DNA of 64,000 bases, from positions 384,001 to 448,000 of the forward strand of contig OY781092.1 in the NCBI GenBank assembly GCA_963676615.1, written 5' to 3'. Numbering within the stretch: the stretch's first letter is position 1; the number at the start of each line of letters is the position of its first letter. Of this stretch, positions 52,108 through 60,490 are shown piece after piece. The DNA comes from Candidatus Cloacimonadota bacterium (GTDB lineage: Bacteria > Cloacimonadota > Cloacimonadia > G963667145). Under the pieces are notes generated by a model. It made no database searches. It was not told the DNA's origin and was given only the letters and a program-made list of their open reading frames with translations. The translations under genes were made by a program, and so were the position numbers.

Positions 52108-54291
52108 CTATTTTTGCTTTTTAATTGCGTCCCTGATGTTTTCTGGAATCACAGGAATTTCTGGTAAAAAGATGCCTGTAGCGTTGTGTAGCGCGTCTCG
52201 GACTGCCGCAGCGGGGAAGTCCATCGGCAATTCGCCAAGCCCTTTTGGGCGAGAGGCGTCGTTGTCTGTGAAGTAAACATTTAGCTCGGGTGCGTCTGCG
52301 CAGGTGTAGGCGATGTAGTCGGTGATAGACGAGCCGCGCATTTTGGCTCTCTCCACAAACTCGGTAGAGCCCCAGCCGATAGCTTGGAGCACGCCGCCTT
52401 GGATTTGCCCTTCGCAAATTTCTTGGTTGACCCTTTTGCCGACATCGATGCCAAACCAACTTTTTTGCACATCAACTTGGTAAGTGTCGGGATCGTATTC
52501 GATTTCGATAATTGCGCAACCCCACGAGAAATCGCCGTAGCCCATACCTTTGTAGGTCGCCACATCGAACTGAATTGATGGGTCAAGCTCGAAAGTTTTG
52601 TAAAAATCTTTTGGGAATTGGTCTTGATTTGCCGCAACATAATCTTCGATTTTCTTGCCGCCAAACTCGTTTGCAACCAGCTCGTTTGCCATTTTTGTCA
52701 GCAGGTTACCCACGATGTAAATCGTTCTTGAGGCGACAGTTGGACCGCTGTTTGGCGTTTTTTGCGTGTTGGGAGTTTGGTAAAATGTTTTGCCTAGAGG
52801 ATGCCCGATTTTTTCGCTGAAGCATTGGGTGAGAGTAGTCGAAATCCCTTGTCCCATATCGGTCGAAGAGACATAGATGCGGACATTGGCGTCTTTGTCG
52901 ATGTTCACTCGCACCTTAGAAGCCATCGTTTTTTCGCCAGTTCCCGTGAAGCCGCCGCCGTGCATACCCGTTGAGATGCCGATGCCTTTTTTGATTTTGC
53001 TGGTTTTGTTGTGCTCGGCGAACTCTTTGATTTTTTTCTCGTAGCCAGATTTTTCCATAGCAATTTTCATCGTCTCATAAACGCTATCGATTTTGTTTAC
53101 TTGGGTCGTTGGGAAGATGTCGCCAGGGCGCAAGATGTTTTTCATCTTGAAATCCAGGTAGCTCATTCCGATTTTTGCGGCAATTTCTTGGGTGTGAGCT
53201 TCCATAGCGAATTCCGATTGTGGTGCGCCAAATCCACGGAACGCTCCGTTTGGAGGAGTGTTGCTTTTGAAAAAGCGAGCAAGGATTTTGACATCGTCGC
53301 AGTTGTATGTGCCGCCAGCGTGCAGCGCGCCCCTTGCCATTACAACAGGAGAGTGGGTCTCGAAAGCACCAGCGTCTAGGCGGAAATCGATTTCGACTTT
53401 TTCCATTTGTCCTGTTTTTGGATCGGTGTAGGAGGTGATTTCGGTTCTGCTGGGGTGTCTTTTTGTGGTGATTTGGATGTCCGATTCGCGATCAAGCACA
53501 AGTTTGACTTTGCCTCCGCCGTTTTTGTAGGAAACTAGGCTGGCGATGCCTGCCAAAATGTTTGGATAGTCCTCTTTTCCGCCAAAAGCTCCGCCCAAAG
53601 CGTCCGACTCTTCGATTTCGACTTTTTCGACAGCGCTGCCATAAAAAATTTCGATAGCCTCGTGAACATAGTATGGGCATTGGCAAGCGGCTTTTACGAA
53701 CATTCTTTTTTCGCTCGGGAAAAATTCGGCAACCACGCCTTGCGGCTCGATATACAGCTGCTCTTGGTGAGGCGTGTAATAAACGCCGTGATGCTTAATC
53801 CACGCAGGGTCAACCTCTTTGTGCTTGTGATTGTCGATCGTGATTTGCGATTTGAAAGGGTTGCCAGCATCTTTTGGATCGTATGGAAAAGCGTTTTCTT
53901 CGTTGTCCAGACACTCTTTGATGCCCACGATTGCAGGCAATTCGGTGTAGTCCACTTCCACTGCTTCCATAAATTTGAGCAGGGTGTCTTTGTCTTTGTG
54001 AGCCACGCCCATTATCGGCTGCCCAAAATATTCCACCTCTCCTTCGGCAAAAAGCGGCTGAGTCATCACAGGATTTTCAACCAGATTTTTTCCCGGCAAA
54101 TCTTTGGCGTCCACAAAAATGAACTCGTCAAGGTTGAAGCCCTTTGGGAAGTTAATTTTATTGACTTTTGCGTGAGCCTTGCTCGAGTAAATAAATTTAG
54201 CGTGCAAAAGATTTGCGTCCTGAATATCGTCGATAAACAAGACCTCGCCGTTCAATTTACGCATAGCATCGACTTTTTTGATACTTTTCAT
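52108..54291 (-). CDS. Xanthine dehydrogenase family molybdopterin-binding subunit
   Basis: QEQLYIEP, GGAFGGKE, TTKRHP, AFRGFGAPQ, DMGQG, GPTVASR, KGLGELP; ATG 54291 after GGAG. Confidence 0.9.
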   Translation of the reverse strand: MKSIKKVDAMRKLNGEVLFIDDIQDANLLHAKFIYSSKAHAKVNKINFPKGFNLDEFIFVDAKDLPGKNLVENPVMTQPLFAEGEVEYFGQPIMGVAHKDKDTLLKFMEAVEVDYTELPAIVGIKECLDNEENAFPYDPKDAGNPFKSQITIDNHKHKEVDPAWIKHHGVYYTPHQEQLYIEPQGVVAEFFPSEKRMFVKAACQCPYYVHEAIEIFYGSAVEKVEIEESDALGGAFGGKEDYPNILAGIASLVSYKNGGGKVKLVLDRESDIQITTKRHPSRTEITSYTDPKTGQMEKVEIDFRLDAGAFETHSPVVMARGALHAGGTYNCDDVKILARFFKSNTPPNGAFRGFGAPQSEFAMEAHTQEIAAKIGMSYLDFKMKNILRPGDIFPTTQVNKIDSVYETMKIAMEKSGYEKKIKEFAEHNKTSKIKKGIGISTGMHGGGFTGTGEKTMASKVRVNIDKDANVRIYVSSTDMGQGISTTLTQCFSEKIGHPLGKTFYQTPNTQKTPNSGPTVASRTIYIVGNLLTKMANELVANEFGGKKIEDYVAANQDQFPKDFYKTFELDPSIQFDVATYKGMGYGDFSWGCAIIEIEYDPDTYQVDVQKSWFGIDVGKRVNQEICEGQIQGGVLQAIGWGSTEFVERAKMRGSSITDYIAYTCADAPELNVYFTDNDASRPKGLGELPMDFPAAAVRDALHNATGIFLPEIPVIPENIRDAIKKQK

Positions 54292-54387
54292 AAAGATATT
54301 CTCCAAGTTTTATTTTCCTCGAAAATTTGCCGCCCGCTAAAAGTTGTCAAACACTTTTTCGGTTTCTTTGCAAGGGGAAGAAATTTG

Positions 54388-54424
54388 TTGACACGAGGGC
54401 TAAATGAGAATGATTTGCATTTAC
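54388..54424 (+). promoter_or_regulatory. Promoter with overlapping Fur box upstream of fur-feo
   Basis: TTGACA 54388-54393; imperfect palindrome TAAATGAGAATGATTTGCATTTA resembling the Fur consensus AATGATAATCATTATCATT. Confidence 0.75.
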
Positions 54425-54449
54425 AATTAAAAAGGGGTGAATTTTTACG

Positions 54450-54893
54450 ATGCAAGAGATAGCGGAAATTTTGCAAAAGTTGAAAAATAAGGGGTTTAAG
54501 ATAACCAAAGAGCGCGAGTTGATTGTCGGTTATGTTTTTGCCACGCACACTCATTTTTCTGTGGACGATATTTTCAACTATTTTTTGCAGCAATCGGTGG
54601 ATGTTTTCAGGGCGACGATTTATCGGACTTTGCCGATTTTGCAGGAGTGCCAGTTGATAAAAAAGACGGTTGGCAACGGCGAGAAGGAGTTTTACGAGCA
54701 TATTTTTGGGCACAAAAAGCATTTGCACATTGTGTGTCAAAAGTGCGGAAAAGTTGTCGAGAAGTCGATAGATTTGATTCGCTCAAAGTTGCGGGAGATT
54801 TGCGCGGACGAGGGTTTTTTGCTCGAAGATTGTCAGGTGAATCTTTTTGGGGAGTGCGGCTCTTGCCAAAAAAATATTTTAAGGAGTAGAAGT
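54450..54893 (+). CDS. fur: Fur-family regulator (no stop in the given sequence; reads in-frame into feoA)
   Basis: GFKITKER, HFSVDDI, RATIYRTL, HLHIVCQKCG, GECGSC. Confidence 0.85.
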
Positions 54894-55124
54894 ATGAAGC
54901 TCAGGGATTTGAAAGTTGGGGATAAGGCGAAAATCGTCTCTTACGACACGCAGGACAAGGCTTATCGCAAAAAACTTTTGGCAATGGGACTGGTGAAGCA
55001 CAAGATTTTTGAGGTGGTGCGAGTGGCGCCGATGGGCGATCCTGTGGAAATTTTGATTAACAATTTTAACCTTACGCTGCGCAAAAAAGAGGCGGATGCG
55101 CTGAATGTGGAGGCTTTGTCGTGA
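54894..55124 (+). CDS. feoA: Ferrous iron transport protein A
   Basis: LRDLKVG, KLLAMGL, APMGDPVEI, LRKKEA; own AAGGAG RBS before ATG 54894. Confidence 0.9.
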   Translation: MKLRDLKVGDKAKIVSYDTQDKAYRKKLLAMGLVKHKIFEVVRVAPMGDPVEILINNFNLTLRKKEADALNVEALS

Positions 55125-57412
55125 TGAGCAACAAAATGACAATCGCCGTGACTGGCAATCCCAACTGCGGCAAAACGACGCTGTTTAATGCGCTCACAGG
55201 CAGCAGCCAGTATGTCGGCAATTGGCCGGGCGTTACAGTTGAGCAAAAAAGCGGGGTTATGAAGTTCGCTGGTGCAGAAATCGAGGTGGTGGACACTCCG
55301 GGAATTTATTCGATGACCAGCTTTTCGATCGACGAGAAAGTCACGCGGGACTATATCCTCTCTGGGCAAGCCGATGTCGTGCTGAATATTATCGACGCAA
55401 CGAATGTCGAGCGGAGCCTTTATCTGCTTACGCAATTGCTGGAGATGCGCGTGCCAGTGGTGGTGGCGCTGAATATGATGGACGCAGCAAGGCGCAAAAA
55501 AATCAAGATCGAAATCGAGCATTTTGCGCTCCATTTGGGGTGCCCAGTCGTGCCGATTGTGGCGTCTTTGGGAAAAAATTTGGATGCTTTGCAAAAAGCG
55601 ATTATGCAGCAGTTGCAGGAGAAAAAAATCTCTTCTGCCAAGGTGGTTTACGACGAGATTGTCGAAGAGCAAATCCAAGAGCTTTTGCCGCTGATTGCCG
55701 ATTGTGCCGCAGAGCAAAATGTGGATGCGCGCTGGTTGGCGATTAAGGCGTTGGAGGACGACGAGTTTGCGTATCAGGCGGTGCCAGAGAGTTTGGACTC
55801 GCAAATTAAGCCGCTGGTCGAGAAAATCGAGAAGCACACAGGCGAGGACGCCGATTTGGTCATCGCCGACGGCAAATATGGCTTCATCAACGGAATTGCG
55901 GAAGATGTGGTCAATCGCAGCGACCAGATTGGGCGGTCGGTCACCGAGGCTATCGACAAAATCGTCTTGCATCGGATAATCGGCATCCCGCTTTTTTTGG
56001 CGGTGATGTATCTGGTCTTTTGGGCGTCAACGAGCTTGGCTGCGCCGTTCATCGACTTTTTTGACGGTTTTGCGGGCACGATTTTTGTGGACGGTTTTGG
56101 AGTGCTGCTAGCCAAAATTGGCACGCCAGAATGGCTGAATGTGCTACTTGCTGGAGGAGTTGGCGGCGGCATCCAGACAGTTGCGACTTTCATTCCGCCG
56201 ATTTTTTTCGTCTTTTTGTGCCTGTCGATTTTGGAAGATTCTGGCTATATGGCGCGCGCTGCTTTTGTGATGGATCGACTGATGAAAGTCATCGGTCTGC
56301 CGGGAAAATCTTTCGTGCCGATGCTCGTGGGATTTGGTTGCACAGTGCCGGCGATAATGGCGACCAGAACTTTGGAAAGCCGCAAAGACCGCTTTTTGAC
56401 GATAATGATGGCGCCGTTTATGTCTTGCGGCGCGCGGCTGCCCGTCTATGTCCTTTTCGGCGCTGCGTTTTTCCCGCACAGCGCAGGCAAAATGGTCTTT
56501 TCCATCTATTTAATAGGAATATTGCTGGCGATTTTTACCGGATTTTTGATGAAAAAAAGTTTGCTCAAGGGCGAAGTTTCCACCTTTGTAATGGAGTTGC
56601 CCAGCTATCATATTCCCACGGCTCGCGGCATTTTGTTCCACACATGGCAACGGCTGAAGGTGTTTATCTTACGGGCAGGCAAAGCGATTATGATGATTGT
56701 GGTGATTTTGAGCTTTTTGAACTCGATTGGCACCGACGGCAGTTTCGGCAACGACGATTCGGGGAAATCTGTGCTGTCGGCAATCGGCAAGGCGATAACG
56801 CCCGTTTTTGCGCCGATGGGTATCCAAAGCAAAAACTGGCCAGCCACAGTCGGCTTGTTCACGGGAATTTTCGCCAAAGAGGCTGTGGTTGGGACGCTCA
56901 ACTCTCTCTACGAAAAAGGCGAGCAAGAGGAGCGCAAAAGTGAGGACGGAAATTTCGACTTTTGGGCAGGCATCGAAGGCGCTTTTGACGCTTTGGGTAG
57001 CGGGCTAAGCGGGATTTTTTCGTCGATGGGCGACCCACTGGGATTTGCCGAAGTTGGACAAAACCAATCCCAGACAGCGCAAGATTTGGCGGTGCGCAAG
57101 GCGACTTTTGGGGATATGCTCAAAAAGTTCGGCAGCACCTCTGCCGCCTACGCTTATCTTTTGTTCGTGCTGATTTATGTGCCGTGCGTTGCCGCTGTGG
57201 GTGCGATTTACCGCGAAACGACGCTGGCTTGGACAGTTTTGGTTAGTTCATATTTGACAATTTTGGCGTGGTGTGTAGCCACGGTTTACTATCAGTTGGC
57301 GAATTTTTTTGCGCATCCGGGCTCCTCGTCGCTGATAATTTTGCTGACTTTGGGTGGATTTGCCTCTGGGATGTTTTTGCTGGGCAAATATCACCGACCG
57401 ATCGAAGATTGA
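55124..57412 (+). CDS. feoB: Ferrous iron transport protein B
   Basis: GNPNCGKT, GNWPGVTVE, DTPG, NMMD, DSGYMARAAF, PFMSCGARLP, AKEAVVG, YVPC. Confidence 0.97.
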   Translation: MSNKMTIAVTGNPNCGKTTLFNALTGSSQYVGNWPGVTVEQKSGVMKFAGAEIEVVDTPGIYSMTSFSIDEKVTRDYILSGQADVVLNIIDATNVERSLYLLTQLLEMRVPVVVALNMMDAARRKKIKIEIEHFALHLGCPVVPIVASLGKNLDALQKAIMQQLQEKKISSAKVVYDEIVEEQIQELLPLIADCAAEQNVDARWLAIKALEDDEFAYQAVPESLDSQIKPLVEKIEKHTGEDADLVIADGKYGFINGIAEDVVNRSDQIGRSVTEAIDKIVLHRIIGIPLFLAVMYLVFWASTSLAAPFIDFFDGFAGTIFVDGFGVLLAKIGTPEWLNVLLAGGVGGGIQTVATFIPPIFFVFLCLSILEDSGYMARAAFVMDRLMKVIGLPGKSFVPMLVGFGCTVPAIMATRTLESRKDRFLTIMMAPFMSCGARLPVYVLFGAAFFPHSAGKMVFSIYLIGILLAIFTGFLMKKSLLKGEVSTFVMELPSYHIPTARGILFHTWQRLKVFILRAGKAIMMIVVILSFLNSIGTDGSFGNDDSGKSVLSAIGKAITPVFAPMGIQSKNWPATVGLFTGIFAKEAVVGTLNSLYEKGEQEERKSEDGNFDFWAGIEGAFDALGSGLSGIFSSMGDPLGFAEVGQNQSQTAQDLAVRKATFGDMLKKFGSTSAAYAYLLFVLIYVPCVAAVGAIYRETTLAWTVLVSSYLTILAWCVATVYYQLANFFAHPGSSSLIILLTLGGFASGMFLLGKYHRPIED

Positions 57413-57438
57413 TTTTGTGTAAAATTTTAGGAGAAATT

Positions 57439-57786
57439 ATGAAGATTTCTGATGGCAAAAAAGACGGAAGCGGAATTGGAAAAGGGCGAGGATTTTGTAG
57501 GGAGTTTGGCGGAGGCTGCGGGCAAGGCGTCGGTAGGCAAGAGAGGCTACGGCGATGTCAGGCACGGCAAGCCGAAGGGAACTTTTCTCTTGCGGAATTG
57601 GAAGAGGACAAACGAGCCAGAATCGTCGTAAATCCAGATGAGCAGACGGTCGGTATGGGCTTGTTTAGCGGGCAAATCGTCAAAATGAGCAAAAACGACG
57701 CAGGGCAGGACAAGCTGGTTGTTTGCGTTGGCGAGTCTCGGCTGGTCATCCCAAAAGCCACGGCGAAGCTGATAGTTGTGCGCTAG
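57439..57786 (+). CDS. Second FeoA-like protein with Gly/Cys-rich N-terminal extension
   Basis: AGGAG RBS, SLAEL, MGLFSGQIV, VGESRLVI..A.AKLIVV resemble the FeoA SH3 fold. Confidence 0.65.
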   Translation: MKISDGKKDGSGIGKGRGFCREFGGGCGQGVGRQERLRRCQARQAEGNFSLAELEEDKRARIVVNPDEQTVGMGLFSGQIVKMSKNDAGQDKLVVCVGESRLVIPKATAKLIVVR

Positions 57787-57815
57787 CGGCTATTTTTGGG
57801 TCAAATAGCAAAAAA

Positions 57816-58052
57816 ATGATCGCCGAGATTAAGAAAGTTTTTGCTGCGCAAAAGGTGGTCTCGCTGTTTGGTTTGTCTGTGATTTTAAAGAAAGATCCGC
57901 AGACGCTAACGCTTGCTCTGGAGCAGCTTGTGCGAAAAAAATATTTGCAAAAAGTGGAGAGCAGTTGCGGCGGAATGTGCAGCGGTTGCGCTGGTTGCGA
58001 TAGGCTTAAAACAGAATTTTATAAAAAAAATGGGGAGAGAGATTTTTTGTAA
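57816..58052 (+). CDS. FeoC-like winged-helix protein with Cys cluster
   Basis: 78 aa, LEQLVRKKYLQK, CGGMCSGCAGC; last gene of the feo cluster. Confidence 0.7.
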   Translation: MIAEIKKVFAAQKVVSLFGLSVILKKDPQTLTLALEQLVRKKYLQKVESSCGGMCSGCAGCDRLKTEFYKKNGERDFL

Positions 58053-58155
58053 AATTTTGTTTGCTTAGTTTTTAAAATTTCCCCCAATTTTTTTGTGGAC
58101 AAAATCGGGGTTGTTTCGTTCTTTGCCAAAAATATTTGATAGATTTGGGGTAAAG

Positions 58156-60483
58156 ATGATACGAATTAACAAAAAAATGCATTACTCGCTGGCGACAGTG
58201 ATTTTTTTCTCGGTTTTGGCGGTTTATACCTATTGCCAGAGCAGCACCGTAAACTTTTGGGATTGTGGCGAATTTATTCCTGGGTGCACATTTTTGGGAG
58301 TGCCGCATCCGCCTGGAAACCCTTTTTATGTTTTGCTGGGCAAATTTTTGGATGTCGTTTCGTTTGGCTCTGTGACCGATGCGGTTTTAATCAATTTCTA
58401 CTCTGGGCTTTTGTCCGCTTTTGCGGTTTTGTTCACCTACCTTATCGCCGTCAAGCTGTCAAAATTGATGTTCTCGCACGATCAGGATAGCGTTTATATA
58501 TATGCAATCGGTGTGATTGCCGCTTTTTTTTCGGCATTTTCCAACTCGATTTGGAACAATGCAATCGAGGCTGAAGTTTATGGTGGAGCGCTATTTTTTG
58601 TCAATTTGTGCATCTGGCTGACTCTGGTTTGGCGCGAGAAAGTGTCCGATTTGGCGTGGCAAAATATGCTCTTGCTGATAATTTATCTGCTTTTTCTTGG
58701 CTTTAGTTTTCACCAAACGGCGCTGCAAATCGTGCCAGCGATATTGTTTGTGGCGATTTATCCCAAAATTCAGCCGCATTTTCACGATAGCAATTTTTGG
58801 ATCAAGGTCGGCATCTATGGTTTTGCACTTTTGGCGATTTTGCTACTTGGCTATCCAATCGGCAGCGCTATTGGGGTCGAGAGTTTGTCAAAAATTCTTT
58901 TCGCTATCGCCGCTTTTTGTTTGCTCTACTATTTTTTGAAAGATAGCGTGTCTAATCGAGTTTGGATTTTGGGCGCAGTGATGATTTTGCTGGGCGTTTC
59001 GTGTCACGCTCTTTTGATGATTCGGGCGGCGCAACTGCCGTATATCAACGAGTCGAACCCATCCACTTGGGGCGCTTTTGTTGATTTTATTTTGCGGAAG
59101 CAGTATGGCGGCTCGAACTTTATGAGCCGCAACTCCCCGATTTCGTATCAGGTGAGCTTCCACTTTTTGCGGTATTTCGGACAGCAGTTTTTTCATATTC
59201 CGTATTTTAGCAAATTGCTGGGATTTTCGGAAAATTTTATCGGATTTTTTACACACTGGTTCATTTTTTTGAGCGGAGTGGCAGGAGCGATTTTTCAATT
59301 CAAAAGGCGCAAGCGGTCTTTTTTGTTTTTTGCGTCGTTTATGTTTATGACCTCTGTGGCGATGATTTTGGTGATGAATTTGTCCGATCACGAGGTGCGC
59401 AACCGCCAATATTTTTTCGCTTCCGCCTATAACCTTTGGACGATTTGGATGTCGATGGGGCTTGTTTGGCTGGCGTATTTGTTGAAAAAAAACAGAAAGT
59501 TTTCACGAGCGATTTTGGCAATTTTGCTGATTTTTCCGCTGTTGAATTTTGCCTCAATGTTCCATATCCACGATCGTCATCAAAATTTTACGGCGATCGA
59601 ATACGCTTCGAATTTTTTGAACTCTTGCCAGGAGAACGCGATTTTGTTCACCAATGGCGACAACGATACTTTCCCGCTGTGGTATGCGCAGGCTTGCTAC
59701 GACCCGTATAGCAAAAAGCACGAAAAGGTTCAGCCAGCGACCGAGGTTGCGGGCGATGCTGCAACGCGCAGAAAGATTGTCAGCGTCAAAGATTTGCGGG
59801 AGGCACAGCGCAAAGGCATTCGTCCCGATGTGGCGATTGTGAATTTGAGCCTCATCAACACGCCGTGGTATATCCGCCAGATTCGTGACAAAAACGGTGT
59901 CGAGTTTGGTTGGAGCGATGCGGAGATTGAGCGTCTTAGACCGTTTTATGTTCAGAACGATCGGCCTTTTCGGCTTTACGACGAGAACACTGGCAAGGTG
60001 CTGCTTTCCACAAAAATCGAAAAGGGTGATGTGATGTATGTGCGAGATTTGTCGATTTTGCAGATTGTGAAGAACAATTTCGGCAAGCGTCCAATCTATT
60101 TTGCGTCCACCTCTAGCGACGATATGCTTTTTAGTGAGCATTGGCAGGACGAAGGTTTTGTGCAAAGAGTGGTTCAGGAGCCAAACGAAAAGTTGGCGCT
60201 GGAGCGCACGATTAACAATCTTTTGAATGTTTGTGTAATCGAGAGTTTTGCCGACGATTCTTATTTTAAAGATTCTGATGTTGCCAGAATGAGTAATTTT
60301 GTGGCGAATATGTTTTACAAGGCGCATATTCGTCTTGCCTCGCAAACGGCGAATTTTGAGCTGGCGGCGAAGATGATAGATATTGCCGAGCAAGTGGCTG
60401 AAGGCGATTACAAAAAAGCGTTTGCTTTGCAGAAACAGAAGTTTGCCGAGTTTGCTGGCGAGCGACAAAAATCACAAAGGTAG
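58156..60483 (+). CDS. DUF2723 (TMEM260-like) membrane glycosyltransferase
   Basis: FWDCGEF, GVPHPPG, EAEVY, RKQYG, FTNGDNDTFPLWY, VNLSLINTPWY. Confidence 0.85.
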   Translation: MIRINKKMHYSLATVIFFSVLAVYTYCQSSTVNFWDCGEFIPGCTFLGVPHPPGNPFYVLLGKFLDVVSFGSVTDAVLINFYSGLLSAFAVLFTYLIAVKLSKLMFSHDQDSVYIYAIGVIAAFFSAFSNSIWNNAIEAEVYGGALFFVNLCIWLTLVWREKVSDLAWQNMLLLIIYLLFLGFSFHQTALQIVPAILFVAIYPKIQPHFHDSNFWIKVGIYGFALLAILLLGYPIGSAIGVESLSKILFAIAAFCLLYYFLKDSVSNRVWILGAVMILLGVSCHALLMIRAAQLPYINESNPSTWGAFVDFILRKQYGGSNFMSRNSPISYQVSFHFLRYFGQQFFHIPYFSKLLGFSENFIGFFTHWFIFLSGVAGAIFQFKRRKRSFLFFASFMFMTSVAMILVMNLSDHEVRNRQYFFASAYNLWTIWMSMGLVWLAYLLKKNRKFSRAILAILLIFPLLNFASMFHIHDRHQNFTAIEYASNFLNSCQENAILFTNGDNDTFPLWYAQACYDPYSKKHEKVQPATEVAGDAATRRKIVSVKDLREAQRKGIRPDVAIVNLSLINTPWYIRQIRDKNGVEFGWSDAEIERLRPFYVQNDRPFRLYDENTGKVLLSTKIEKGDVMYVRDLSILQIVKNNFGKRPIYFASTSSDDMLFSEHWQDEGFVQRVVQEPNEKLALERTINNLLNVCVIESFADDSYFKDSDVARMSNFVANMFYKAHIRLASQTANFELAAKMIDIAEQVAEGDYKKAFALQKQKFAEFAGERQKSQR

Positions 60484-60490
60484 GTTTAAG

